Below, one piece after another: positions 48,785 to 60,220 of a stretch of 64,000 bases of DNA. Each line of letters starts with the position of its first letter. Position 1 is the first letter of the stretch. The DNA comes from Dimorphilus gyrociliatus. Its lineage: Eukaryota > Animalia > Annelida. Below the pieces are notes generated by a model. That model was not told the DNA's origin. It was given only the letters and a program-made list of their open reading frames with translations, and made no database searches. Where the stretch lies: assembly GCA_904063045.1 (NCBI GenBank), contig CAJFCJ010000007.1, forward strand, positions 3,479,404 through 3,543,403. Direction: 5' to 3'. A program made the position numbers and the translations under genes.

Positions 48785-51611
48785 TTTTTCTCTTTATAAT
48801 TTACTATCTTTTTTTCTTCTTCTTCTGTTTCTTTTTTCTCTTGTTCTTGTTCTTTTTTTATGTTTCTTGCTCAGTTTAATTTTCCTTTCGTTGTTGAATT
48901 TTTATTGCAAGTTGGAAAAAAAGAGTGAGAAAGGGAGAAATAAACGAAGAGAAAAAAAATCCTAATATAACTTGTTTTTTTTCTTTCAAATTCAATATTA
49001 TTCCATTATAGCCGGTTAATATCTGTTTAGAAACATAAATATAATATAATAGTTCATGACGAGAGAGAGAGAGAGAGAGAGATTATTTCACTATCTACTT
49101 TAAATCTATCTAGCAAGAGACAGAATGCTGACAGCCTTTCATCCAGAAATGATGATGTACATTAACAAGAGAAAAATTGAACTTTTTTTTAAAGTATAAA
49201 ACATAAATCAGTTAAACTGATAAAGGCACAATAGACTAACGTTTGATAAGCTGAAAAGATTTATTCTTATCTCTTTTTGAATATACAAGGTGACGTTTCG
49301 TGATTGCAAAATGTCTCGTATAGAAGGAAATTGTTCTAATGTTCTTTTATTCTATTCTATTAAGACTTTATTCGAATTAAAATCTAAAATAATATTAAAA
49401 ATTATACACGTTTATTAAATTTCTTAAGGAATGAACGAATATCGTTAATATTATCCTTAGTCTCTTATATTCTATATGTTGAATCAGCTGATAAAAAGAA
49501 TATAATCTAAAACGTTGATTTAAAGGCAAATTTCACGAACTTTGTATTGTAAATAAGAAAATCATATCAACAACTTACACGTGGTTTCTTAAAATGAATA
49601 GCAAGTCATCGATTCATTATGAAATATGAATTTTAATAACCTAAATTCTCTCACTTTCGGATTGAACTAATGTGAAATGTTGATTTTGCCATGTTGCTGC
49701 GGAAGGGTTCCCATTTACTATGGTAATTTTTCTCATTTTAACTAATTTATTTACTAATAGTTATTCATTTTTAATCGGTTAAAAATTTCTAATAAAGTTA
49801 ATATTTTATATAATAAATAGAAACTTACTATTTCAGTTCTTATCGAAGACTGATTTGCCTAAAATCAGCCTCCATCAACAATTGACATACTACACCCAAC
49901 CTTAAACGTTTCCATCCACTGTAAGCTATAGGGCAGGCAGCGTATCCTAGAGAATAGTCTATTCTGCTCGTATTTGCACCAGTATATGTAATAAGCCTAT
50001 AGATTTGAAAGCAAATGTTTCATAAAGCATAAAATAGCTCACAAATTGTTAAAAATCTAGTTACATAACGTACATTCTATATATATAAATTTATATATAT
50101 ATGATTGATTCTCTTCGTAGGCCTAAACTGTTTCTGTATGCACAAAAGATCATTAATATAGTTAAACGTTTATATATATATATATATATGTATAGAAATT
50201 TCATTGAAATACGCTATAACAGAGTCTATCACATATATTATTACACACATATGTATTACTTAAAAATTCGTTCAAGGTTATAATCTTTATTATCTGTTCT
50301 TAAACTATATCTCAAATCTTCTCTTAATCGAAATACAAATGACCAATTCAAAAATTAATCGATAATCTTATGTTATTTTTGATAATCTTACAGATAAATC
50401 AATTACTTATTACTTAATAGAGTATAGATGTATAATCCATCTTCTTCTCTCATTATAGATTATCTTATCTTAATCAACTATTATTTACGTGCATACATAT
50501 ATTAAAAAATAGGTCTAGTATAATTACGAATAAACATACAGACTTGTTTAAAAGTTGAAGAAATAGTGTTGTAGAAAAAGAGAAAAGAAACGATGATTCT
50601 ACTAAAAGAGTTGAATGACCTATTCAAATATAATCTTTTTCTCTTACCAAACAACTTGTATATGTTATATAAAGAAATATAAGACAAACATGTATAAATC
50701 TTTATTATATATATAAATATATCTCTTTAATTCTTTGTTGTTTTCCATATTCTTAATTTTCAATTCAATACAAGAGTACAAACTCTTTGACATGTTTATT
50801 ATAATTATAACCAGAACTTTGTCAGTACTTGATCCTTTTTTTGTTGTTATTGTTGTTGTTATTGTTGTTTGTATTGTATTCTCTTAGTACAACACTCTTC
50901 TATGTATTGTATATATATATATATAAAATCATATACATCTATCATCCTCATCCATCCCATACAAGTAAGCTTTTTAGAAAGAAATCAATATTTTTTGAAT
51001 GCATACAAAATTAAAAAAAATGCATAAAAGACAATCTCAACATGGACGAAGGATTAGACACGAAGATACAGACAGACACCTGTTGATATTTACTACAAGA
51101 GAAAGACTTTGATACCACTTTGTACAAATTTCTACTACAAGTATCTACTTTAAAGTAGCATATAAATTTACGTTGTTGCATTATTAATGGACTATTTAAT
51201 CTATTTTTATACTATATGTAGCAAAAGATATAATAATAATGAGATTAATAGTTAAAAGTTCAAATCAAAGGTCTCTCTCTGTCTCTCTCTCTCTCTTTTG
51301 GTTTTTCATAATATGAATAGGATGAGAGAGAAATAACAACAACAAAAAATACTCCTTAATTATTCCTATTCTCACTTTCTTTCAATTTAATCCAATTAAA
51401 TAAACAAATGACAAACTTATCCTTAACGAAGAGTATGGAAGAGAAAATAGAAGAATAATATAAACGGAAATAAGTTTTACCTGTTCAGAATCATGAAATT
51501 GATTGAAATAGGTAAATTCAAAATATTGTAGCTTAAGGGTAGAGAAATTTCTCAAGAAAATAAAATTCTCGAAGCGTGTTTGACCTGATTTTAGACCAGC
51601 TAATTTTTTTC

Positions 51612-51653
<42 letters not shown>

Positions 51654-52334
51654 GTTCAATGCTCTCCATCTGTCAAGTGGGTGAGATAATCAAGAAATTA
51701 GAATAAATTCAATAAATCTCAAGGTGGTCATTAGATTAACGTAAATGTATAAATATACTGTATATACTGTATACAGTATATAAGCCTTATCTATTCTATA
51801 CATCTATTCCCTTATCAAAAGTAGTAAAAGTGTTTAGTGCGCAAAAAAAACTATTAAAAATTCAACTTCTTAATTAATTGAATATGTGTTTCTATTGCTT
51901 CTTTACACAACAGATGGCGATAAGGTCGATGGTATTCATTTTAAATATTGAGTACCAGAAAGGAATTTTCTTTTTACCAATTAGCTATAAGAGTAAGTTA
52001 TAATTGTACAAAGTATATTTATCCATTAAAAAATTGCCCTTCGTATAATTGACCTTCTAACTAGACATAGGCCTAGTGTGACGTCTTTTAAAATTTACAT
52101 AGAACATACATAAAGATAATTCGTTCTTTTCTCTTTTTATTGGCTGTTGTTGTCTTTTGTTTATAGGCCTATTAAAGGGATAAATGGAAAGACTGAGAGA
52201 AATCGCATCTCTAATAAAGAAATTTTACATAAATTAACATAAATTAGTTAAAATTAAAAAATTTGAATTTATTACTGCAACGTTAATAATAGTTTTATCA
52301 TATATTGTATATAGTTTTCAATAGCAATTCTATA

Positions 52335-52624
52335 CTAATTCTTATTATTAATTAATCCTGAGCTATCATTTTCCATTTCCGGTTCGTTCTGATTCCAGTT
52401 TTTATAAAATACATCACCTGACTGCCCAGAGTTACTTCCACCGGAACCACTAACCTATACATATATACATATGTTTATTGATGTGTTTACGTGTACATTA
52501 ATATATACAATGTATACTATATGACAAAGGTAAAGAATCGTACATCACCAGATCCAACATGATTAGAATTAAGTTGAACGATAATACTAATCAAAATCAG
52601 AATGATTAGCAAACGATAACTCAT
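52335..52624 (-). CDS. Secreted Ser/Gly-rich micropeptide A (66 aa), absent from the ORF track
   Basis: Exon 52624-52544, GTACGA..TATAG intron, exon 52454-52335: MSYRLLIILILISIIVQLNS-NHVGSGD|VSGSGGSNSGQSGDVFYKNWNQNEPEMENDSSGLINNKN*. Confidence 0.8.
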
Positions 52625-53150
52625 TTTCTACTTTTTCTTCTTCTTGTCTTCTTATTATAGTATCTTTTGTAGATTGGCCAAAAAGACGGATTAATACACG
52701 GAACGTATATTATCCAAACGTATCTGATAGACAATGATTCCAATTATTCTTTTTTATACAGTAAATTAATTGAAAAGAGTTCATGACTCTTGCGATTATG
52801 TAATGATTGTAGTATTTGTCCTATTAGAACCTATGACTATTGGCAAACTGAGAACTAAGTAATATTCATTCGTTCTCTCTCTCTCTCTCTCTCGCTCGCT
52901 CTTCAGTCCATTTACAACCATTTGTTTCTTTTAGTTTTTTTATTCAAAATCAAAATGAACATATAAAATCAAACAATGATATAGAATAGGTATGAAAATG
53001 ACATATATATCTATATATATCCACTAGAGGGAGCTTTAATGCTTCATTTCCAGAATGTATTGGAATAAAAGGCCCAACTGAGAATTCACTTGCTAAAGGC
53101 AAATGAAACTAAACTAGTTTGGAACCCAACTTCTTTCTTTGCTCTTTCCT

Positions 53151-53420
53151 TTACTTCGTAGGTTGTTCAGCAGCTTCATTGCCATTGTCACCACCTTCGT
53201 TGGCTTCATTTCCAAAAACTCCTCCAGAACCCTCGGATCCACTTCCTCCAGATCCCTTTTGGAATAGAGGAATTGATTGATATAATAATACAACATTTTA
53301 GTAAGTTTTACTTACACTGCCAACAACATCCGGAGTAGCCGTAGTGTCTTCAGTAGGAGCAGAATTCACTTTTGTCAAAGCGACAATCATTAAGAAGACG
53401 AGGAGCATACGGAAACCCAT
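53151..53420 (-). CDS. Secreted Ser/Gly-rich micropeptide B (69 aa)
   Basis: Exon 53420-53316, GTAAGT..AAAG intron, exon 53255-53151: MGFRMLLVFLMIVALTKVNS-APTEDTTATPDVVGS|GSGGSGSEGSGGVFGNEANEGGDNGNEAAEQPTK*. TATA at 53529-53536. Confidence 0.85.
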
Positions 53421-55960
53421 TGTAGAATAGTAGTGTAGAAGATTCCTTTCAGAAATAAACTTGTAAGTTGGGAGAAGCGTCGATGTTGACTGTTCAAGTT
53501 GTATGAATACTCTGAGCTGAGACGCGCTCTTATATACCCAAAAATTCTGGCGTTAGAGTTCATGACTTTGCCTTATTGCATAATTTAACGAATAGGATTC
53601 AAACCCTTGAAAAAAAAATCCTTACTTCAGCATTTTTCCAATCTCCTTTCTCTTCTAATTTTGTTAATTTGAGTACGAGATTATTCTTTATTTAATGTAA
53701 GAATGTTAACGATTTTAGGTTTTTTATCTACATCTTCTTGTTCTTTTTCTTCTTCTTCTTTTGACTATTTCTTTAGTTAGGTGATAAAAAAAGGCTAAAA
53801 CAAAGCATGAAAGGATGAGTAATCTATTCACTGATTACTCTTTTATTCTATCATTCAAAAGAATGGAACAATTTTTGCTTGAATAATTAATAAAGATTTG
53901 GGAAAATATTATCATTTTTCTTCTTCTGGTGTCCTTATTATTTATTAGATTTTATATAAAAACAAATCTGCAATGTTATATTAAAACTAGTAAGACAAAG
54001 ACCTGAAAAGACGCTACAGGTAAACAAGAATATAACGCGCAAAGTCAGCACATTTTTACATCTCTCACCTTTTGAACCTTTTCTTTTGTATCGATAAATT
54101 TGACGACTAAGCAACTTTCGGAAATAGGAAAACGACAGAAAAGCAAGAAAAATCTTAAAGTTCATTCCAAAGTTTAAGTAGTATTTAACAGATTCAAAAA
54201 AAAATAATAATAGATTAATTATTCATGTAATTAATATTCAAATATATTCATATAGAAAACACTTTAATAAGAATGGAATATTCCATTATAAAAATAAGAA
54301 TTTTTCATGACAAATTTAAGTTTGTTTCTTATTTTTTTTATATTAAAAATCAAGTATGATCTCCTTGGACTTGAAGTAAAAACTAATGCGTTTTTTTACA
54401 ACTTGACCTAATTTTTTTTGGATGATAAAAACAGTAACATCTTTTTGATATTACTTTTCAACAAAATATTTAATTCCATTTTAAAATTCTTGAAAATCGT
54501 TCGTTTGGTCAACTTAGGGCTTGGAGGGAAGGGGAGAAGGTGGGATGGTGGTGGTGGATGAGGAATCACTGAATTTCTAAGAAAGTCGAAAGAAACGCCT
54601 GTTTGTTTTCAATGAAACCCGTTTAATATTCAATTTTTTTAGATACGACTTCCGACAGATGGCGCACGTGTGAAAATTTTCTATATTTTTCTTTGTTTAT
54701 GATTATTTAGATTGAATAATTGAAATTGAAGGAAAAGTTCATAAAATTCTGTTCAAGGACAGAAGAGTAACGAAAAGAGAAGAATTCCTTCTTTCTCCTT
54801 TCTTACTCATTCAATAGAAACTGTTTCAAAATATTAATAAACAGGTAAACTATTTCAAGGCTACCTTTTGCTTTCAAAAGGGCTTACTTCAGCTAGATTT
54901 ATTTAAATTTGTTTGAAATATTATAGCCCAAACTCTTCTTTTAGGGTTATGCATTGAATGTTTTATATACAATATTATCACGTGATCAGTGCATGCTTTT
55001 TGTAGCAATATTTGCAGTCTTATATCTATAGTTTAAAGTATATAAATAGCCTACAACAATAAAATAAAAAATGTAACGCCCACGAAGGAAAAAGAAACGT
55101 TTGGTGTTTTTTTTTCTTGTCAATCATTGGTTACAATATATTACCTAAAAAGTATCTTTCCTATTAGCATTCTCTCTTACTATTTCTAGTAAGCGTCGAA
55201 TGCAGTTTTGGAAAATAATGCAGACAAGCAAAAGAAAGGTGAGATCAAAGTTCTAGTTTTCAATTTGATTGCATAATTCTTATAATATATAGAAATATAG
55301 TAATGTAGAAAATCTTCAATCCTAGTACGCTTTTAAAATATATACAAATTTCGCTTGGTCAGCTAATTTCCGTTGTTTACCTGTTAACCTTTGATATCTA
55401 TTCTCTCTGTCTCTCTTTCAGCTTGGATTTTCCTTAATAAATTTAACAGGTCGTCTACATATAAAACATCTTTACATTGCAGCAAACTATCTTGTCTTTC
55501 CCTTTTAATATCATTGACATTTTATCGTTCATTCATTTATAATTAATATCGGATATGGAAGTATTGTCTTACTTTGGGGAAATTCTTTAAGATAGGAAGA
55601 TATGAAGCTCTTACTTAAAAAAGGCAAATGGGGAAGGAAACATAAAAAAATTAAAAAGATAGAAAAGAACTTTTCTTGCTTTATCTTCTTCTTCTCCTTT
55701 AAAATGTATGAAATTCTCTACAAGAATAATATTACTCTCTCTCTCTCTCTCTCTCTCTAACTTGTCATCATTCTACTATACTAGTTTCATTTCATATCGA
55801 TAGATGGAGTCAAATAGTAGATTTAATGGTTTTATTCATAAGTCAAACGTATCACTACTTAGATGAACTATAAAGTTAATAATGTAAAATTTCTAAAGAG
55901 ATATCACGTATTTTTCAAACTTCTTATCTAATCCATCATTCTTAATTCTAAATATCCTTC

Positions 55961-56237
55961 TCAAGTAGTATAAGGGGGATCCTGATCACTACCCGATTCT
56001 CCAGCCGATTCTGATCCTTCAACTCCATTTTCGCCGCCTCCTGATCCTAAATTTGTTCCACTTCCTCCCGATCCGTCACCAGATGCTCCCTAAAATGGTA
56101 TTTTTTTTAAAAAAAGAGTATTTCATTAGTATTTATTAATAAGCGAACGTTTCAAAAATTATTCTTACATCACTATCACCGAATACTTGAGCAATGCTAA
56201 AAATCATAAAGATGATGAGACAAATACGATAATTCAT
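55961..56237 (-). CDS. Secreted Ser/Gly-rich micropeptide C (65 aa)
   Basis: Exon 56237-56169, GTAAGA..TTTTAG intron, exon 56089-55961: MNYRICLIIFMIFSIAQVFG-DSD|GASGDGSGGSGTNLGSGGGENGVEGSESAGESGSDQDPPYTT*. TATA at 56374-56382. Confidence 0.85.
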
Positions 56238-56265
56238 GACTGAATTAAATGTCAGAGATATAGGC

Positions 56266-56296
<31 letters not shown>

Positions 56297-59218
56297 GGAG
56301 AAGGTAAAGAGTTGTCAACTGTAGAGGTAGGTTGTTGGAGATGAACTGATGATTGAATGACGAAAATGGTACACTATATATACGTTTCTCCAGAGAGGTA
56401 ATAGTTCATGAACTTTTCTAAATTATATAATATAAATGTTCCTTATCTTTTTATTTACTTTTAAATCGGCGTTTAAATCGCAAAAAGGATGTGTATTAAA
56501 TATTTATTGAAATGTGAACGAGTATACATTGTACTTGCAGTTTTAAATGAACGAATTAGATGGTTGGATGGATGGATGGATGGAGTTATGCAGCTGGTTT
56601 TGTTACAGAATAACAAAATGTTTGTAAAAAGGATTTAAAGATTACTATCCAAATCTGTAATAATTTTTAAGGATCTAATAAAAGAGTTGTTAGATCTATC
56701 CCTCTCCTCATCTTTCTCTTCTCCCTCCTTTATATCCCCCTACCCCTCTTTCATAAACTCTTAAAGATTATATAAATAATCTTTTATTAAATAATTTCTT
56801 TACATTTTAATTTAAGTTCATGAACTTTTCCAATTACATAATTTGGAACTTTTCTTATCTTATTTACAATTGGAATTTATTTACATTAGGTCAATTTATA
56901 ATATCGAAATTTGGACCCTAAGTTTACTGCATCAAATATAATAAACAATAGTAATAAATTAATTGTTAAAATCTCTATATAGATAAATCAATTTTATCTT
57001 TCTACTTGTAAAAATCTGGTTGAGAAAGAGAATGGGGAAGATGGGAGAAAATCTCAAATAAATGCTATTTTATTATTTTATTGCAGTACAAGAGTTATTT
57101 TTTTCCTTTTTAGTTTTCTATTTATAGACTGAAATACTATGGTATCTATACTCTATAAATATCTACATTATAATTATACTGGTCATTGTCAATTAAACAA
57201 TATCAGATAGGTTTGTAAAATCATCCAGCAGGCAGTAACAACAACAATCAATTCTAATAGAACAGTGTTGATTATTAATATAAATGTTTCTAAACAATCA
57301 TCTATGTTATTCCGAGAAATAAATCATTATAATAAAAGTGTGAAGCCATATTTTTTGTCTTTGTCAAGGTCTCTAACGCTTTTAACATTCATTTCTTCAA
57401 AGCTATTCGATACCTTGTATTCGAACTTGATAAGAGTTTTTGAGGTTTTTTTTAATTGATGCTCAAACTTCTAACAGTTTAAAAGGAGAAGAACTTTGCA
57501 GTTAAGGTTGAACAACTTTGAAATATTGAATATACTGTATGTTTTTTATCCTTATAAAAACTCTTCTGTAAGCCCAATCATTTAACATTCGTAGTTAATT
57601 ATAATAGATCAAAGCTAGTATTCATATAAAAACTTTTGCACTTTGATGTGATAAAAATTGTTGCAAATTCTTTTTATATATCATTCCAAGGTGATCTTAC
57701 ACTTCATTAATTTAGTGAATGTTGTAGGGCACTAGTTCAATTAGGAAGAGAAGCTTATCCAAGGATAATCTCAATCTTAATCTACATTTTGGTTAAATAG
57801 TAAAATATAAAATATTCTGCCTCCATTGTTCATTTACGAAGATGTTGGAGAAGCGAATTTTCGGGTAGGATCCTCAAGCTGCAATTGGATTAAGGTAGGC
57901 AAGAAGTAACAAATGATGAATTTCTGAGTGTCAGGTATGAGTTGTTGGTTCGTTCAAATCCAATTTAGTTGGAGTATTCATTTGCGAATACTTTCAAGTT
58001 GAAGTAGAACTAGAATCTATTAGTTAGTGACTGATGAATGAGGAATATACACATTTAACAATAAATCAATTACAAAAATAAGGCTAAACAGAGGTTTATT
58101 ACAAAACATCTCGACTTTACATGACAAATGAAACACTTGGCCATAGTTCTTTCATCCAGAAGAATTGATGAACTATATTATAAGACTATACTTTGCTATT
58201 TATATCTAAGTAAATAATGTTGGTTTTCGATAGATGGAGCTGTATGTCATTAAGGTGTTAATAAGATGTTTAATTATGTTCCTATAAAAAAATTCCTGTA
58301 CTCATTGGAGACGTAATTTCCGGTTTGTTGTTGTTAGCTTTAATTCGCTCTTTCATCCTTTTTTCACGATGTTAAATATATATAGAATAACCAGTTAACA
58401 AATTGAAAGGAATGGAAAAGATAGAATTGTAGAACTTTTTCATCTGATACATGCAACTGTTTATATACTGTCTGAATACATAGACCTACACAATCTAATT
58501 ATAGCCAACAACATTGTTATTCGCTAAATATTTGAAAAACCCCTCCTTCTCCCAACACCCCTTCTTTCAGTTTTTTTATCGGAAAGGTTTTTATAAAATT
58601 ATCCAATATTACGTAATCATTAGATTAAGACTCTATCATTGGTTTTTTTCTATTTTAAGGAGAGTTTTTTTTTTCAATTGAAAGGAAAATCGTTCACAAC
58701 CAAAGTCTTTCGCTTGATATTTTAAACAAGTACAAACTATATTGAAAAGTTTAACGTTTCCCTTAAAAATATCTTATTTTTCTTCCATTTTTTCCCTCTT
58801 TCTATTATTATCTTCTTTTTCGGGATTCTATAAAAGGATATTATAACAGAAAGAGTCTTTCATTTTATTGAAGAAATAAATAAACAAACATAACAATTAG
58901 TAATTAATTAGGTTGTTTGTTTATAATATTCTTTTTATATGCAAATGTAAAAGTATCAAGACATCCTCCATGATAATTTTAGGAAGTGTCAATAGATTAA
59001 AGGATAAGTTTGTTATTGATTTTTTTAAGTTTCATTTCTTATCATCTTTATGTACCAGTTTATTTTATAGATTTACTTTAATGAAAGTTTTTTAATTTAA
59101 TTAATTGGATTTCGAATGATAGAATAAAACGTTTTAAACGCTTTAGTGTTTTTCGCTTGAAACTAATCTTTTGTTATCTTTCAAGAATTCTGAATTTCGA
59201 AATTTGTAAGCTTACAAG

Positions 59219-59310
59219 TGCGTTACGTCATATTACGTTAGGGTATCAAAGTCACGTGATAATTTCGTTACGAAATACCCCGTGTATATATAAAGAGAGC
59301 TTTACGTACA
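59219..59310 (+). promoter_or_regulatory. TATA promoter with clustered bZIP/bHLH sites
   Basis: TTACGTCA 59223, TTACGTTA 59233, GTCACGTGAT 59251, TTACGAAA 59268, TATATATAAAG 59285, TTTACGTA 59301. Confidence 0.7.
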
Positions 59311-59335
59311 TTTGGCAAGAACGTTCAGAGCGAAG

Positions 59336-59934
59336 ATGAACTGTATAGCACCCTCCAATTTCCATTATCCATATCAGGTTTTGTAACAATATTTAGTCTA
59401 TTTGAAGAATCTCTCATATCTGTTTGTTTGAAATATTTTCAGACTCAGTCAATTAAACGGAAAGATGGCCGACGATATCGTCAACTGCTACGTAAACCAG
59501 AAAAAATTAGTACTGTCAAGTGCAAACCTCCCAAGGTGATAAGGTCTCCTAATAAATGCACCTTTCAATTTACAACTCAACGTATCGAACAACATGCTAC
59601 AGCTGCACTCAGATGGACTTTCTTTACTTCAGCCATTTTCATTGATGAAACTACAACAATATCTGTTAAAGTAATAAGTTTAGGTTTGAAAAATTTTCTC
59701 GAATATAACAACGTAAAGACAAGGTTACTTCACATTCCTGGAACCATCGAAGAAGACGTTGATATTGCTCTAAAATTCCATTGTACAATCTACACTTCCG
59801 ATAAGGATTTATATTATGTAGATAGACAATTGCTAAAGAATAACTTTGGTAAGACAGTTATAAAAGTTTTGGATTATGAACAATTCTCTAAAAGGTTGCG
59901 ACTTATTTTACTATATTGTCGTACTTCTCTCTAA
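59336..59934 (+). CDS. Orphan ~178-aa protein, possibly a PIN/Mut7-C-like fold
   Basis: Exon 59336-59377 (MNCIAPSNFHYPYQ), a 65-nt phase-0 GT-AG intron, and exon 59443-59934 (open frame). It lies directly downstream of a TATA promoter. Confidence 0.65.
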
Positions 59935-60206
59935 ATGATTCTCTTTTAATTGTGAAACGAAATAGTCTAGTTAAATGATATTTTAGTTATTTTTTTTAAT
60001 GATCTCTTAAAGGCGGGAAATTTTATGATTATTGTCGCATTTAATTTTAACTATTTTAAATTGTAAATTATAATGAAAACAATACATTTTAATCATAATA
60101 ATTATATTTTTTACGAATGTTCTACAAATTCGAATTATTGATATATCTATTTAGTGCGGAGTTATAAAAAGCGGTTCCATGTCCAATAGAATCTTAGTTG
60201 GTATAT

Positions 60207-60220
60207 ATCGTTATAGCAAC
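60207..60220 (+). promoter_or_regulatory. X-box (RFX site) upstream of NEK10
   Basis: ATCGTTATAGCAAC fits the RTHNYYWTRRNRAC X-box consensus at every position. Confidence 0.55.

Larger units (their letters stand above)
52752..56841. promoter_or_regulatory. Repeated composite promoter module: TATA, 20-21 bp, AGTTCATGA(A)CT, then TT(A/G)(C/T)(A/G)TAA
   Basis: Copies at 52778-52803, 53557-53583, 56403-56430 and 56815-56841. The first three are 20-21 bp upstream of a minus-strand TATA box of each micropeptide gene. Confidence 0.75.

Noticed and set aside
50101-51669. Short ORFs at 50101, 50502, 50829 and 51382
   Set aside because: They are AT-rich or microsatellite-derived, with no splice, promoter or family support.
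53938-54165. MNFKIFLAFL... ORF as a fourth micropeptide
   Set aside because: The hydrophobic stretch is short and followed by basic residues. It has no Ser-Gly exon and no IR0/TATA module, so it is more likely a non-coding exon.
52335-56237. Micropeptides as neuropeptide precursors or defensins
   Set aside because: No dibasic cleavage sites, no repeated amidation (G-K/R) signals and no cysteines.
57815-57912. ILPPLFIY... fragment reminiscent of a pogo/Tc5 transposase
   Set aside because: Only ~30 codons with one weak motif, and no terminal inverted repeats or further homology visible.
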